A DNA stretch of 63,998 nucleotides, the filler included, from Conidiobolus incongruus B7586 (Eukaryota): the NCBI GenBank assembly GCA_000697335.1. It is 12 parts of 12 records of this genome, joined end to end, with 100 filler letters (N's around TTAATTAATTAA, not from the genome) between each part and the next. Parts side by side here need not be neighbours in the genome. Positions count along the whole stretch, not along the records: positions 23,949 to 30,260 come from JNEM01006752.1; positions 30,361 to 34,345 come from JNEM01006753.1; positions 34,446 to 36,807 come from JNEM01006754.1; positions 36,908 to 46,476 come from JNEM01006755.1; 8 more parts are not named here. The stretch is one strand, 5' to 3'. Positions 25,887 through 39,899 of this stretch are shown here, piece after piece; positions within the stretch are counted from its first letter, which is position 1; every line of letters begins with the position of its first letter. The notes below the pieces were generated by a model, which searched no databases, was not told the origin of the DNA, and worked only from the letters and a program-made list of their open reading frames with translations. The position numbers and the translations under genes are program-made.

Positions 25887-27200
25887 TATAATAATAATAA
25901 TATATATAAGTAATAATAATTATTTATATTTATATATAATTCAATATTTTTATTAATTTTTAACTATAAAGTAATTTATTAATTAAAATTAAATTTATAA
26001 CTTTAATAAATATTATAAAAAAAAATATTATTAATTTAATAATTAATATTAATATAATTTTTTTTAATATTAAAAATTATTATTTTATAAAATTAATGAA
26101 TAACTAAACTAATAATTTATTATATTTTATATTATAAAATATATTTTTATATTAAATATATATTAATTAATATATATCAATTTTAAATAAATTTAGTAAT
26201 TTTATGAATTATTTAAATCGTTATAAATTGAATATTTTTTTATATAGTTCGGAATTAATAAACTTAATTTTTATATAAATTTATAATATTTTTAAGAAAT
26301 ATTTTAAATAACAATATTTTTTTATTAATTTTTTAAAATACATTCATAATTTATAAAGAAAATTAATTAAAAAAATTTAAATAAATAATTTGAAAATAGA
26401 TTTTATAAATTAAACTTTAATCTTTAATTTAGCAATTATTAGAATTAATTAAAAATTATTATAAATAATGAATATAAAAAATAGTTATAATTTTATTAAA
26501 ATATATTAATTATAAAAATATTAAAATAAATCAAAAAATATTATAATTCTTTATAAATAACTTTAAATAAATATTATAATTAAATTAATAATATTATTAT
26601 TATTATAAATTTTGAACTTTATTATATATATTAAAATATATTATTAAAAAATTATTATTAATTTATCTTTTAATTTAAAATAAATTAATCTTAATCTTAA
26701 TATTATTTAAGGATATAAAAAAAATTAATTATATTATTTAAATTTTTCTTTTTTAAAAGTTAAAATTTATATTTTAATATATAAATTTTGATAAAAATTT
26801 TATTTAATACTTAGATAAATAAAATTTGATTATAAATTTAAAGTTATATTAAATATTTAATATTTTTAAAATTTAAAAATTATATTATTATATTATATTA
26901 TATTATATTATAACAATTAGATACTGACTTTTTTAAGATTAAATAATAATATTATTCATATAAAATATTATTATATAATTTTTAAATAATAAAAATGGTA
27001 ATTTTTTTGAATTTTTTTAATTTATATATAATAATAGCTAAGTTATAAATATAATTTGATTATTTAATTTTAAATAATTAATTAAAAGAATACGTAATTG
27101 ATTTATAAAGAATATATATTAAATAATATATTTTTTATTTAATAAATTAGGAAATATATATAAATCTATTAATTTATTAATTTTATTAATATTGGTTAAA

Positions 27201-27294
27201 TTAAGGAATTTAAAATTTTTAAGAAAATTCAAGTAATATTGATAAATTTAAGGAATTTAAAATTTTTAAGAAAATTCAAGTAATATTGATAAAT
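27201..27294. repeat. Perfect 47-bp tandem duplication inside an extremely AT-rich block
   Basis: TTAAGGAATTTAAAATTTTTAAGAAAATTCAAGTAATATTGATAAAT occurs twice head to tail. Confidence 0.85.
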
Positions 27295-28575
27295 TTATAT
27301 AACTTATTATTAATATTATATTTTAACAATTTTTTTAACCTTAAATAATAACTAAGAAATTTATAAATTATAAATATTAGATATTAGATAATTATATAAT
27401 ATTATGGATTTTTATAAATTTATCATATTATATAATTTGCTTAATAATATTCATATATTTAAAATCAAATCCAAAACAAATCTGATAATAATAGTAATAT
27501 ATATTTATAATCTTAAAATTTGAAAACTTTTTTTAAATCAATGTTTTAATCAAAATTTTAATAAATTCCCTAATTATTTAATATTATTAAAAAACTATTA
27601 ATAAATAGTGACGATTATAATTATTTGGATATTAATATTAATCAAAAAGAAAATATAACCTATAATATAAATAATGATATATTTTATAATTATTTATATA
27701 ATTATATTTAATAATATTTTTAATATTGAATAATTTTCTATTATATCAGATAATCAAAAATTAATTATAAAATATTTTTAATTAATTATTAAATTAATTA
27801 ATATGTTATAAATTATATATTATATAATAAAAATGATTTTTATCATAAAATTATTAATATTAATAATAAATTTGTAATATTTATATATAAAAAAATTTCA
27901 AAGTTATTTTGATTTTAAATTTATAAAATATTAGGTTATAATTAATAATTTTTTATTTTAATAAATAATTAAAATAGTTAATAAATTAAGTAATTTAAAA
28001 AAATAATTATTTTAATATTAAAAATATTTTTATAAATTTATCCAATAAGATTAAATATATAATTATAAATGATTTTAAAAATTATTATTAATTTTATAGT
28101 TAAATATATAATATTTAAATAAAATTTTTTTATTATTATAAAAAATCAAAAATAAATATTTTTAAAAATTAAATAAATTAAATTAAATTTAGTTACTTTA
28201 TTAATATTATTCAATATATCTAATATAATATATTATAACCAAAAAAAAAACTTAAACTTGAAATTATAATATTATAATCAAAAATATATTATTTTATTTA
28301 GACTTATTATTCTTAACACCTATTTATTATATTATGATTTATTAAGTAATAAATTTTTATTTTCTAAAAAACACTTTTCAGATTTATTAAATTATTTAAT
28401 AAAAACTAAATAAATAAAATTCTAATATATCATATTAAATATTATGATTTATATAATAAATTATATAATAAATTAATAAATTAAAGTTAATATTACAAAA
28501 ATAATAGTTTGTTAAGAAATTAATATTGATTTAAAATTTTATAATAATAAAATTCATAAAATAATATTAATTAAT

Positions 28576-29013
28576 TGATTAAGAATAATTTTATCCATCA
28601 ATTAAGAAAATTCTGAATTACCACACTAATTCATAAAGTAACAATAGAGATACCTTATTTTATTAATTGGTTGAACCTATCACTTTCCCACTGTAAGTCA
28701 TTTATATTCACAAAAATCAATAATGGAAACTAATATAAAATTATCATAAGCAAACTAATAAACACATCTTTCTACCTTCATTTCAAAAGTATCCAATCTA
28801 TAAGTTTTTCTTGTAACACTCACAAAAGCATTGAGTTGTGATGAGTGTGAGTTATTTACTTTATTCAAAGAATCTAATTTGCAGTAAGCGATTTTCATTT
28901 AATTTGGTGAACCCCATTAATTTCCCCTAATTTTGTGGTAACCTATTATTTATCACAGGTGATTCCCTGTTTAAGCTCTTAAAACCTATTTCCTCCAGTG
29001 GTTACCGCTATCA
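28576..29013 (+). mobile_element. Solo LTR, family LTR2 (438 bp)
   Basis: Reverse-complement homologue of 10352-10786, TG..CA ends, TSD TAAT. Confidence 0.8.
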
Positions 29014-29118
29014 TAATAATTAATCTAATGTTTTATATATATAAAGTTTATTATTAATATATAGAAAAAATATAAAAATAAAAATTTAATAATATAAAAA
29101 TGTAAAAAACAATATTAT

Positions 29119-29470
29119 TGAGATGTTGAGATTCCTTTGGAGCTGGAAAATTACAAATGGTTCTGAAAATTACATTTTAACCCCTTGTTCCAAGAACTGG
29201 TGATATTCTAGAAATTCCACTTTATAAGCCACATTTTAAGAAATTTAAATCATTTAAACTATTTAAACTATTCAACTTTCACAAATAAACCCTGTCCTCT
29301 ATTTTCTTAATTTATTCTTTCTTTTATCCTTTACTTACCTTATTATCTATTTACCTAATATTTTATTTCCTTTTACGCGATTCCTTTTTCTGAGTGAGTT
29401 TATACCCTGACACTTCCATCTTCACGGATGGAATATCAAAACTTTATATCATACGGGTGAACCCCTCTCA
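29119..29470 (+). mobile_element. Possible solo LTR of another family
   Basis: GC-richer island with TGAGA..TCTCA ends and AATAAA followed by a pyrimidine tract. No TSD seen and only one copy. Confidence 0.35.
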
Positions 29471-29937
29471 AACTAAAGCACCTTAAATTTATTATAAATT
29501 TAATTAATATAAACTAACCTGATAAATTAAGATTTTCTAAATTAGAAAAATATTATCCCCAATTATTTATCTTTTATTTCAAATGTCAATAAGTTTATAT
29601 ATCTCGAAATAAAAAATATTTAAATTAATGAATATAATATAATTAAAATAAAAAATTACTATATTATCGAGTATTAATTCAAAACTTTAAACTTTTATTA
29701 GTATATTCATCATTGAGCTCAAATCAATTGGTTATAATAATATATAAAATATATTATCTATTATATTCAATTTGTTAATAATTAATAATTTTAAATATGG
29801 AATTTTTATAGATTATTTAATAAAATAATTAGTTTTCTACATAATTTGAATTATAATTATATTCTGATCAAAAGCATTAAATTCTCATAGCAAATGGTAA
29901 CCCTTATATTATTAATAGTAGTGTTAAATACTTGAAG

Positions 29938-29939
<2 letters not shown>

Positions 29940-29996
<57 letters not shown>
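29940..29996. repeat. (ATT)n microsatellite
   Basis: About 19 uninterrupted trinucleotide units. Confidence 0.95.
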
Positions 29997-31164
29997 CAAA
30001 AAATATATATTGAAATATTTCAATATTAGACTATACTAATATGCTATATCTATTTAATAATATTGAATGATATTAAATATTAATCATAATAATAATATAA
30101 AATTTTATAATTCAATATTAAATTTATCCCATAAATTCAAAAATATAAGGTATATGTTTTTATTTTATACAATTTCATATTTTAATAAAAATACTATATA
30201 CATTGAATAATAGAGTGAAAATTATGGAACACTTTGAAATTAATAAAAATATGGAATATGNNNNNNNNNNNNNNNNNNNNNNNNNNNNNNNNNNNNNNNN
30301 NNNNTTAATTAATTAANNNNNNNNNNNNNNNNNNNNNNNNNNNNNNNNNNNNNNNNNNNNTATAATTTAAATAATATAAATTTTTTGCAGTTAATAATAT
30401 TAAACATTTTATTACATTAAGAATAAAAATAAAAATAAAAATATAATATAATATTAAATTTTTTATTTATAATAATAATTTAATATTTTTTCAAAGTTCT
30501 GATATCTAAAAAATATGTCTGTTTATTAAAAAATGAAATTTAATATTTAATAAATTATTTAAATTTTAATACAAAAATTTTCTTTTTTGAAAGCTAGTTT
30601 TTTAATTTCTTAACAAAATTACAGTTATATTTTTAATAATCTAAATAATAAATTAAATGTAGATTTTTTTCTAATTATTTAGAATTAAAAAATTTTTTAT
30701 AAATTTAGACATATATATTTTATATTTATTTCCATAATAATAGGTCTTTTAAAATTATAATAAAAGTACCCATTAGAAATAGTTTTATTTATAATAACAA
30801 TATAGAATATTTTAATATTTGATTTTGTTTTAAGTTTTAAATAAAAATATCATATATTATTATAATCTATAAAAATCATTAATATTTATTTTTTATAATA
30901 AAATTTATTAAAAAAGATTTATAAAAGGGGTTAAATTAATTTAATCTAGCATATTGATATAAGTTTTAATAAAAGATTATACAAAAAGATTTAAGATTCA
31001 TGAATTATAATAATTTATTATAATAGCCTTAATATCTAGTTATATTTTAGTAAATTGGAATTAATAATAGCTAGTTTAGTTTTTTTGAATTTTTAGTTAA
31101 ATTAAAATATACTTATTTGACCTATTTATTAATTAATTTTATTTTAAATATATATATATATATA

Positions 31165-32746
31165 TACTAGCCTGCAAAAGTGAGTCATAAAATAAAAATC
31201 ACTTATATATTTACCTGTAACTTAAACAATTCTTAACTAGATTAATTTAAATTGAAATATATAATTAAAGTATATTACTTGATTATAATAAGTTATATTT
31301 AATTATATTTAATATATTATTGGTTAATATATCAAATCTTAAATTTTAAATAGGGTGAGTTATAAATTTGTGGGTTTAAAAGTTAAAAGGGTATATAAAA
31401 CAAAAATTACTTAAATCTTTTTTTCTTTTTATTAAATTATTTATATTTATACTAATATTATTATTATAAATTATTATTTTAAATAATATTAGTATTAAAT
31501 TGCTTAAATTCCTCTCTAAAAAAATTTACTTGTGTATTAATCAACTTTATAGTGAAGGTAAATCAACTCATGAAATTGCTAGAATTACTAGTGCTAGCTA
31601 GTTTACTATAGTTAAAGCTGTTAAAAATAATGGTAAAGATATATTTAAACCTAAACTTAAGTGTGCTAGGATTATAGATAAATATGATAAAAGGTATATT
31701 TATAGTTTAGTTAATATAGATAAGTGTAATATTATTATAGAAGTATAGAAAGAATTATAAGACTATACAAGAATATTAGTTAGTACTAATACTCTTATAT
31801 ATACTTTATGTTGTAATAGATATTGCTTGCACTTTAAGAAAAAACACCCCCAATTAAAAAAGTCCCACTATAAAACTAGGTAGGAGTTCAAATATCACCA
31901 TTAAAGTTAAACCAAAACTAATTAGAATAAGGTTATTTAGTTTGATGAAACAAAAATATACCTTAGTGGATCTAATAGAAAAGCTAGATATTTCAGAAAA
32001 GACAAAGAACTACTTTGTGACCATTATGTTATTTCAACCCAAAAATATAATGATGGGTTAATTATAGTTTAAGTATGTATATTATCTTCTAGTATAAGGT
32101 ATCTTTATAAAGTTGATAGGGGAGTTAATATTGAAATTTACTAAAATATTCTAAACAATGAATTAAAAAAAACTATTGAATAGTATAGGTTAAATAAATA
32201 AGATATTATTTTTTAATAAGATAATACCCTTTACTATACTATTATTACTACTACCAAATGGTTTAAAAATAATAAAATAATATTTATGAAGTAGCTTCTT
32301 TAATTTACTAACCTTAATCTAATTAAACACCTTTGGGATTAGTTAAAAAAAGCAGTTAAAGCTTTCCCACCAGCAAAAAATTTAAATAAGCTTTGGGAAT
32401 ATGTTTAAGAAGCTTAGAATAAAATTAATCCTTCCTAATATAAAAAGTTAGTTGACTCTATACCCTATAAACTTAAGGAAGTTAGGAAAGCAAAAGGTAG
32501 ATATATTAAGTTTTAATTTTCTTTCCATAACCAAAATATATAAATTTATGACTCACCTTAGGTAAAATTTAAACTTTAATATATCAACTAAAATTTAATA
32601 TAATTTGTTCAAATATACTTAATTATAAATAAATAATATAAGTTTATTATATGTTTTAATTTAAATTAATTTGATTAAGAATTAACAGAGTTATTGATAA
32701 TAATATATATAATTATAATTTTATGACTCACTTTTATAGGCTAATG
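31165..32746 (+). mobile_element. Full-length Tc1-like transposon (1582 bp), one of the best preserved family-B copies
   Basis: TACTAGCCTGCAAAAGTGAGTCATAAAAT..ATTTTATGACTCACTTTTATAGGCTAATG termini. Remnants of WSDETK, FQQDN and WPPQSPDLNPIEHLW. Confidence 0.9.
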
Positions 32747-32838
32747 TATAATACTTAAGTAACTAATATTAGAGTATTTTGATAATTATTTAAATAAAAT
32801 AATAAGGTTTTTTGATATATTTTTTCTTTTTATTAATA

Positions 32839-34133
32839 TTATCTTAAATTTAAAATAATGGGAAATTTTTTAATTTTTGATTTTTCAATTATATTATTAA
32901 TTTGAAATAAATTAAAATATGTAAATTGATAAGAAATTATAAATTTTTAAAATATATATATAGTAATTTTTTGGTTAAAAATTAATTTCTTAAAATTAGA
33001 TGGTTTATTTAATTATATTTAAACTAATTAGTGTTTATCAAAATTTTTTGAATTTAGTATTAATTAAACTTAATCATAAATCCTCAAAAATTTTTCAAAA
33101 TTTACAAGTAGCTTTTAATAATAAAATATTATCTTAATCAACAATTCATTACTAGGTAAATTAATTCAAATTTAAGAGAGATACTATCTAAAATTTGCTA
33201 AAATTTAGAGGATTAACTTCAATTATTATTTTTTCAATTATTAATAAAATGAAAAATTATATAAAAAATATCTTTTCATTTTAGTTGAAGATTTATCTAA
33301 ATATTTTAATATTAGACTTAAAAGAATTTTATATATATTAAACTTAAATTAATAAATAAAAATATAGAAAAAATAACTTATAAATTAACTAAATCTTAGA
33401 AAAAAGTTAAAATAGTAGTTGCTAACTAAATTCTTAATAAAATATTATTTAAACCTTAATTTTTAATAATAAATCATTATAATTGATAAATCTTAAATTC
33501 TTATATATAATTATTTATTAAAACACAAATAAAGATATTAAAAAAAACTTAACCAACCATTTTTATAAAACCTTTTAAATAAGCATTTTATTGCGTAATA
33601 AATATTAATTATTTTAATAAATTATAATATTATATCATTTTCTTATTTAATATCTTAAGAAAAATAAATTAATAGTAAATTTTATATAGTTATATTAAAT
33701 AAAATAAATACAATTAGTATTCTTAATATTATTTAAGTAAGCTCAATATTTTGAATAATAATTATAAAATATTTATATCTAAAGATATAAAAAACTTTCT
33801 AATTTAAAAAAACCAGAAAAAAATACAATATATAATATAATTATTAGATTATAGCCTATATGAGTATAATCATTATAGGTAATTAAAAAACTAGCTTATA
33901 AGAAAGAAAATTTTTATAAGAAAATTTAATTAGTTTCTAAAATATCAAAATTTAATTATTAATAAAAAAATATTTTTTAAATAATAGAAGTTTATTAAAA
34001 ATATAATAATAAGTTATTAATAGTAAAAAAAACTATTAAATCTATATTATATATTTATTTCTAGATATCATATACTAAAATACCTATTTATTTTTAATTA
34101 TAAAAAATTTCCATTATTAAAAATACAAAGTAA
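32839..34133 (+). mobile_element. Full-length decayed mariner nested in a mariner
   Basis: Both TIRs present, with TA duplication at 32837-32838 and 34134-34135. Confidence 0.85.
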
Positions 34134-34446
34134 TAATTAAAATAATAATGTTTAAAATTAATATTTTAAATTTTAACAGGATTGAAAATAGTTTCTTTTA
34201 TAAATTCAAGGTAATTTATCTAGTGTTATATTGTTGATTTAGATAGTACTTTATTATTAAAAATTGCTTATAAATTTTAAATAATTTTAAAAAATTTAAG
34301 GTTAAGTTTTATTAATATTAAAATAATAAACTTTTGATAATTATTNNNNNNNNNNNNNNNNNNNNNNNNNNNNNNNNNNNNNNNNNNNNTTAATTAATTA
34401 ANNNNNNNNNNNNNNNNNNNNNNNNNNNNNNNNNNNNNNNNNNNNA

Positions 34447-34965
34447 AATTATAAAAAAGAATGCTTGAAGGAACTTCCATCATTCAGCAAGGCTACAGTA
34501 TCTGAAATGTATGGCATTGATATCCACGACTTTATCTGTCTTCGTTATAGTGAACATTATACTATGGGCTATGGGTTGGATACAGGCATTCAGGAAGTTA
34601 CTCGTAATTTAGAATCGATTATTGCTCAAAATTTGAAATCTAAGCATGCAAAGTTAATGGCCAATATTATCTTAACTACAGGATGTGTTGGAGTTAACAA
34701 AAATGGGTGTATCCATAATTTCAATCGCATACTGAAAGAAAAAGACAATTCCTTCATCAATTTATTGGGTTTTAAGATTGATGAGTGTAAACCTACATCT
34801 TGGCTATATGCAGATGGCCTTGATATTGAACTATTGCACATGATTGTAGAAGTTTTTGGCCTTCACCTCCAAGGAAAAAAGAATGATGGAATTGCATATT
34901 ACCATATCAGAGAAAAACGTGATAACGATACTTTGGGTAATTTCAAGTCTGGATTGGTTGGATGA
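34447..34965 (+). CDS. 5'-truncated intronless ORF resembling the C-terminal region of the multisubunit RNA polymerase largest subunit / virus-like-element ORF7
   Basis: The frame stays open back to the gap. By-eye match of YGLDTGIQEV..KHAKLMANIILTTG-CVGVNKNG..DNSFINLLGFK to the beta-prime C-terminal pattern G.EAAR..H..L.AD.MT..G...GI.R.G..DS.L.L.SFE. Confidence 0.5.
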   Translation, partial: NYKKECLKELPSFSKATVSEMYGIDIHDFICLRYSEHYTMGYGLDTGIQEVTRNLESIIAQNLKSKHAKLMANIILTTGCVGVNKNGCIHNFNRILKEKDNSFINLLGFKIDECKPTSWLYADGLDIELLHMIVEVFGLHLQGKKNDGIAYYHIREKRDNDTLGNFKSGLVG

Positions 34966-34987
34966 TTTTATTAGATTGAATATATAT

Positions 34988-35321
34988 TGTCACGAGTCAG
35001 GTGACTCCTTTCTACTCTAATATCCTTACATCAACCTAATGTTAAAGTCATTTCCCCCTCACATACCATTTGCCTCCGCTCTATCTTCTAATTGGCTGAT
35101 GGTGCAAGTCACTAGAGAATTTCATAAATCACCTTACCCAACTCACTCTATATAAAATCCGGAATTAGAGCTACCCTCAGCAGGAAGATTTTGATCTGGG
35201 TCCTCCCAGCTATTTGACTTAAACCAATAAACTCCCTATCTCCCTATTACTTACCTGATATTCCCCTGATCTCTTTCTTTTACTTAAACTACTCTGGACA
35301 TAGCTTTCCCAAGACGTGTTA
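34988..35321. mobile_element. LTR1 copy with non-matching flanks
   Basis: Nearly identical to 43355-43687. Left flank ATAT, right flank ATGG running into mariner sequence. Confidence 0.8.
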
Positions 35322-37325
35322 ATGGTTTTAACCTGATAATTTGATTTATGCTTTAATAAAATAATATAAAAAGATTTATATTTAACTTTTATAATAAATT
35401 ATTATAAAAGTTTTGCTTTTATCTATACCTTAGTAAGTTCTGTATAGCTATAACTATTCAATTTTTTCAATCTTGAGTTAAATTATAAAGGAATTATTTT
35501 ATATTTTCATTAATAAATCCAAGTTTAAGCTTTAATCTTTAAAATTAATTAAAATAACTATTTTTATTTTATATACATAGCTTTTTAACTAAAATAAATA
35601 GTTATTGATAAAAATATTTTGTATTCTATCAATATTTATTATTGCAGAAATTAAGTAATAATATAATTTTGAAATTAAAATTAATCAAATAAATTAATTA
35701 ATAATATATAAAAATTAATAAATATTATAAAATTAATAGTCTTCTTTATTATTAATAACTCTTTTCAATATTTTTAATAAGCTTCTAATATCTACAAAAT
35801 AATTTTTTTTATTAAAAGCTGAAATTTGATATTTTATGAATCAATTGAATTTGTTTATAAGAATCCTTTTCTTATAGGCTGTTTTTTTAATTATCTAAAA
35901 CAATTATAATCATATAGGTTATAATTAAGTAAATATATTAGATATGGTAACTCTCTCTAGTTTTTTTTATATAAAAAATCTCTAATAATTTTAACTTTAT
36001 ATTTTTTGTAATTATTATATAAAATAATAAATATCTTTAATCTATATTAAGAATACTATTTAAGAATTGTTTTATTTAAAATGGTAATATATTTTTTTAT
36101 TAATTGATTTTCTTTAAGTTATTAAATAAGAAAACTATATACCATTATAATCCATTTTAGTAATTAACATTCTTTTATATTTAAAATATTTATTTATTAG
36201 AATTTATAAAAAGGATTAATTTAGCTTAATATAATATCTTTTTTTTATTTTTAAGTAAAGGATTATATAAAGAAATTTAAGATTTATTGATTATAAGTAT
36301 TTATTGTAAAAACATTTGTTTTTAGTTATATCTTAATAAATTTAGATTAGCTATAGCTATTTTAGGTTTCTTTTAGGTTTTTGTTAAATTATAAGATATT
36401 TATTTTTTAATTTTATTAATTAAATTAAGTTTAAACTTAAGTGTATATAATATATCTATATAATAAATATTAAATTACTTTAATAGTTCTATAATAGAAA
36501 TAAAAGGGTATTTTTTAATATATATTTTTATTTTAATTGTAAGTAAAAAATAATAATAGAAATTTATTTTTTAAATTTTAACAGATTTTAAATAATATCC
36601 CTTTTACATTGAAATCACAAATCTAGCATTATATGGTAGGCTTAGATAAATTATTATTTTAAAGTTATTTTTAAGTTTGAGATGATTTTACAGGGTTTAT
36701 AATTAAGTTTTAAAGATACAAAAATAAAATACTTTTGATAATCACTATCTAATTTAAATATAATTAAATTTAAATATAAATTTTAAAATCAAAAATATTT
36801 TAAAAAANNNNNNNNNNNNNNNNNNNNNNNNNNNNNNNNNNNNNNNNNNNNTTAATTAATTAANNNNNNNNNNNNNNNNNNNNNNNNNNNNNNNNNNNNN
36901 NNNNNNNTGAAAGATCAAAATTTAAAAAATTTATCATTTTTTAATTTCCATAATATTAATAAAGAAATAATTATAATTAGTTTTATATATCTTAATAGGT
37001 TTTAAATAATTCTATTTTTGACTTTAATTTATCTTATAATAAATAATTAAATTCAATAAATCAATATTTTTAAAAGATTTTTTTTAAATTTTAAATATAT
37101 TTAAAAGGTTTGTAATTAATTTATAATGATATTAAAATAAAAGTTTTTGATATTTGTTATTTAATTTAAACGTAATTATAAAAAAAATTGGAAAAATTAT
37201 ATATTTATATATATAAATTTTCAATCTATTTATATGCCTATTAAAATATATATTCTATTTTTTCTGAAATTAATAATATAATTGAAAATTCAAAATTTAA
37301 TAAATCTTCCATATATTTCATTCTA
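35322..37325 (-). mobile_element. Old mariner fragment hosting a nested mariner at ~35639-36955
   Basis: Family-A-like sequence on both sides of a copy with TTATTGCAGAAATTAA..TTAATTTCCATA termini. A gap lies at 36808-36907. Confidence 0.65.
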
Positions 37326-37469
37326 ACCTGAAAATATTAGTATCAAGAGATATTAATAATAATTCAATTATTAAAAATCCAAAAATATAAAGTCCTAATA
37401 TTATTTCTATAATAATAAAAGACTTTTCATAAATCAAATATCTTGAATTTGCCTAAATTATAACTATAT

Positions 37470-39228
37470 TATTATCTTGAATTATAGTAATTGTTATTAT
37501 AATTATATTTTATAAATCATATATACTTTTAAAAAATGCTAAATAAAGAGATATATATTATTATTATCCTTTTTCAAAGTCCTAAGTAGATTACAAATAA
37601 AATAAATAAATATTTTCAACCCTATCATTAAAAGTATGGTTTCAATAGGAAATACATAAATATGATTAGAAAATAATTATAGATAATTTATATTGATAGG
37701 TAATTAGTTACCAAAAATGGTCATTATTCCAGGTATACCTTAAGTTGCTAGGTATATTTGCAAAATTGGGCGATGTTAATAATTAAGTAAATTTTATGTC
37801 AAGGTTGTTGGATATATTTTACAAACGGAATTTGATTATTATAAAAATTAATTTTCAACTTATAAGTTATTTTGACTTGGTTGAAGTAATAAATAAAAAT
37901 GGAGAATTATATAAAATTTAAATATCTTAATTTTTTTAATCTAATTATTTTTGGAATGGAAAATCCATGTAAGATTATTAATTCAATTTTAATGATTTAT
38001 GATCAACCAAGATGTTTGATAGTTGTGCTAATGATTTGATCGAGGAATGGGAAAATGTGATATTAGGGAAGTCAAGGTCAAAACCAGATTAAAAGTTAAG
38101 TTTATAATCTTATTATTCTATCAAGAATTTAATGAAAAATTTGAAAAAATTACTTTCGATTTATTTAGACCAATTAATTTGACATGACTATCAATGTAAT
38201 ATATGTTGTAATTAATTTTAATTTTATATTCGTATGATGACAACTACATAATGCAAGATTCCATCTTAATCATTCATATCATCATATCACCAGGTAGTTT
38301 TTTATCAGTTTCATTATAATCTGTCACCATATTTTAGGGTAAATATCAATTTCTATAAGTACCTAATTACCAAATCAATTACAAAAATATCTGGTATTAT
38401 TGAAAGTACGATCCATTTAAAAAACAAAAATGAAAGTAGGAAAGTGAAAAAACTGAGAATCTCACAACAGGTTTATTCGGATTTAATATAAATTCTGGAA
38501 AAAAGAAAATGGTTCACAAAATTAGATCAAAAATTAATATCAAATATTTATGATGGGTGAAAATTCATATGATTTCAGAATCATTTGAATTTCAATATCA
38601 ATGTTGAACATAAAATTACTCTAACACTTTATCTATGGTTCTTTATTATTTAGCTATTTATTCAATAATATTGACTGATTTCAAATAATCTTCCTAAATA
38701 TGAATAAATGATATTCAAGATTAATTTCGTAATCAAATATAGAATGCACTGTATCATTTAAAACAATATACGATTTCAACTATTGTACAACTGGATTGAA
38801 TTTCCTATTTCTTGAGGTTTGACAAAGAATCAATGAAAATCTTAATAATATTTACTTATATCCAACAAACACTAATATACAGGATATACAAAGTAATGAT
38901 ATCTAATCACCACAGGGATCACTAGTCATAATACAATTAAGGGGCGTATATAATAATTCATCAGAATTTCCAATCTGCATAAATTAGTCCAGTGAGCTTT
39001 GGAGATATAGTTAATAATGAAAGTCACAATTGATAACATTTTGTCTCAGCAAATATTACTTATAGCTTGAAATACATATTGATACAAACATCTTTATAGC
39101 AATATGAATACTATGCCTTGACAGTAAATTTAATTAATGTAGCAACCTATAATCATCACAATTTATTACAAGAATTGAATATTATGTGTGTATAAATAAT
39201 TAAGATAATTTTAAATTGAAAATTTTAA
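37470..39228 (+). pseudogene. Cytochrome P450 pseudogene, paralogue of the convergent intact P450
   Basis: Ordered remnants KYFQPY.*KYG (~37608), EWK.H (37954), CANDLIEEWE (38024), LYYLA (38641) and KESMK (38824), with many stops and frameshifts. Boundaries are approximate. Confidence 0.8.
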
Positions 39229-39899
39229 TAGTTGTCATTATTCTTCTTAAATATTTTGAAAATTTGTATCCAAGTAGGAGTGTAAATATACTATCTTTGT
39301 AATTGATGGTCTTGATCAAATAGTAAGCAAGATTAGGATTTCAAAATAATCGATTAGTTTGTTAAAATTTATATAGATTCAATCGATTACCTTATGAATG
39401 GATGAATTGAACATTTACCTATTTTATCCTCAATTAAAATAAATCTATTTTTTAATAATTTGAATAACTTAAAATTATGAAATATTTCAAAAAATATTTC
39501 TAATCCATTAGATAAATTTACACTAAATAGTGGAATTTAAGTTTTTGAGAGTCAAATGTAAAAATAAAATATAAAATTCATAATAAAATATCAAATTACA
39601 ATTAATTCGCAAGATCAGACTATTATAATAACAATATTAACACATTATTATTGAATTGTTCAAATACACTAATGTTTGGGTGAAATAAACACATAGTATA
39701 GCATATATTATCAATTGAAAAAATGCGAAAACATTGGGAAATTATATATTAATTTTAATCATTTATTAAATTTTGCTATATTTGATATATTTTATATTTT
39801 AAATTTTGAAAAATTCATTTATTATTTGCGATTATAATAGTTTAATTTCTATTTCATTAATAACTTCTAAAATTTATAGAGCTCTTGAAATTGGTATAA

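Larger units (their letters stand above)
30361..34345 (-). mobile_element. Decayed mariner host carrying two nested insertions, bounded by gaps
   Basis: Family-A sequence in three colinear pieces (30361-31164, 32747-32838, 34134-34345). Confidence 0.75.

Noticed and set aside
25890..28570. Extremely AT-rich block that could be a centromere or an organellar insertion
   Set aside because: No organellar genes or satellite periodicity visible. More simply explained as terminally mutated repeats, but this cannot be resolved by eye.
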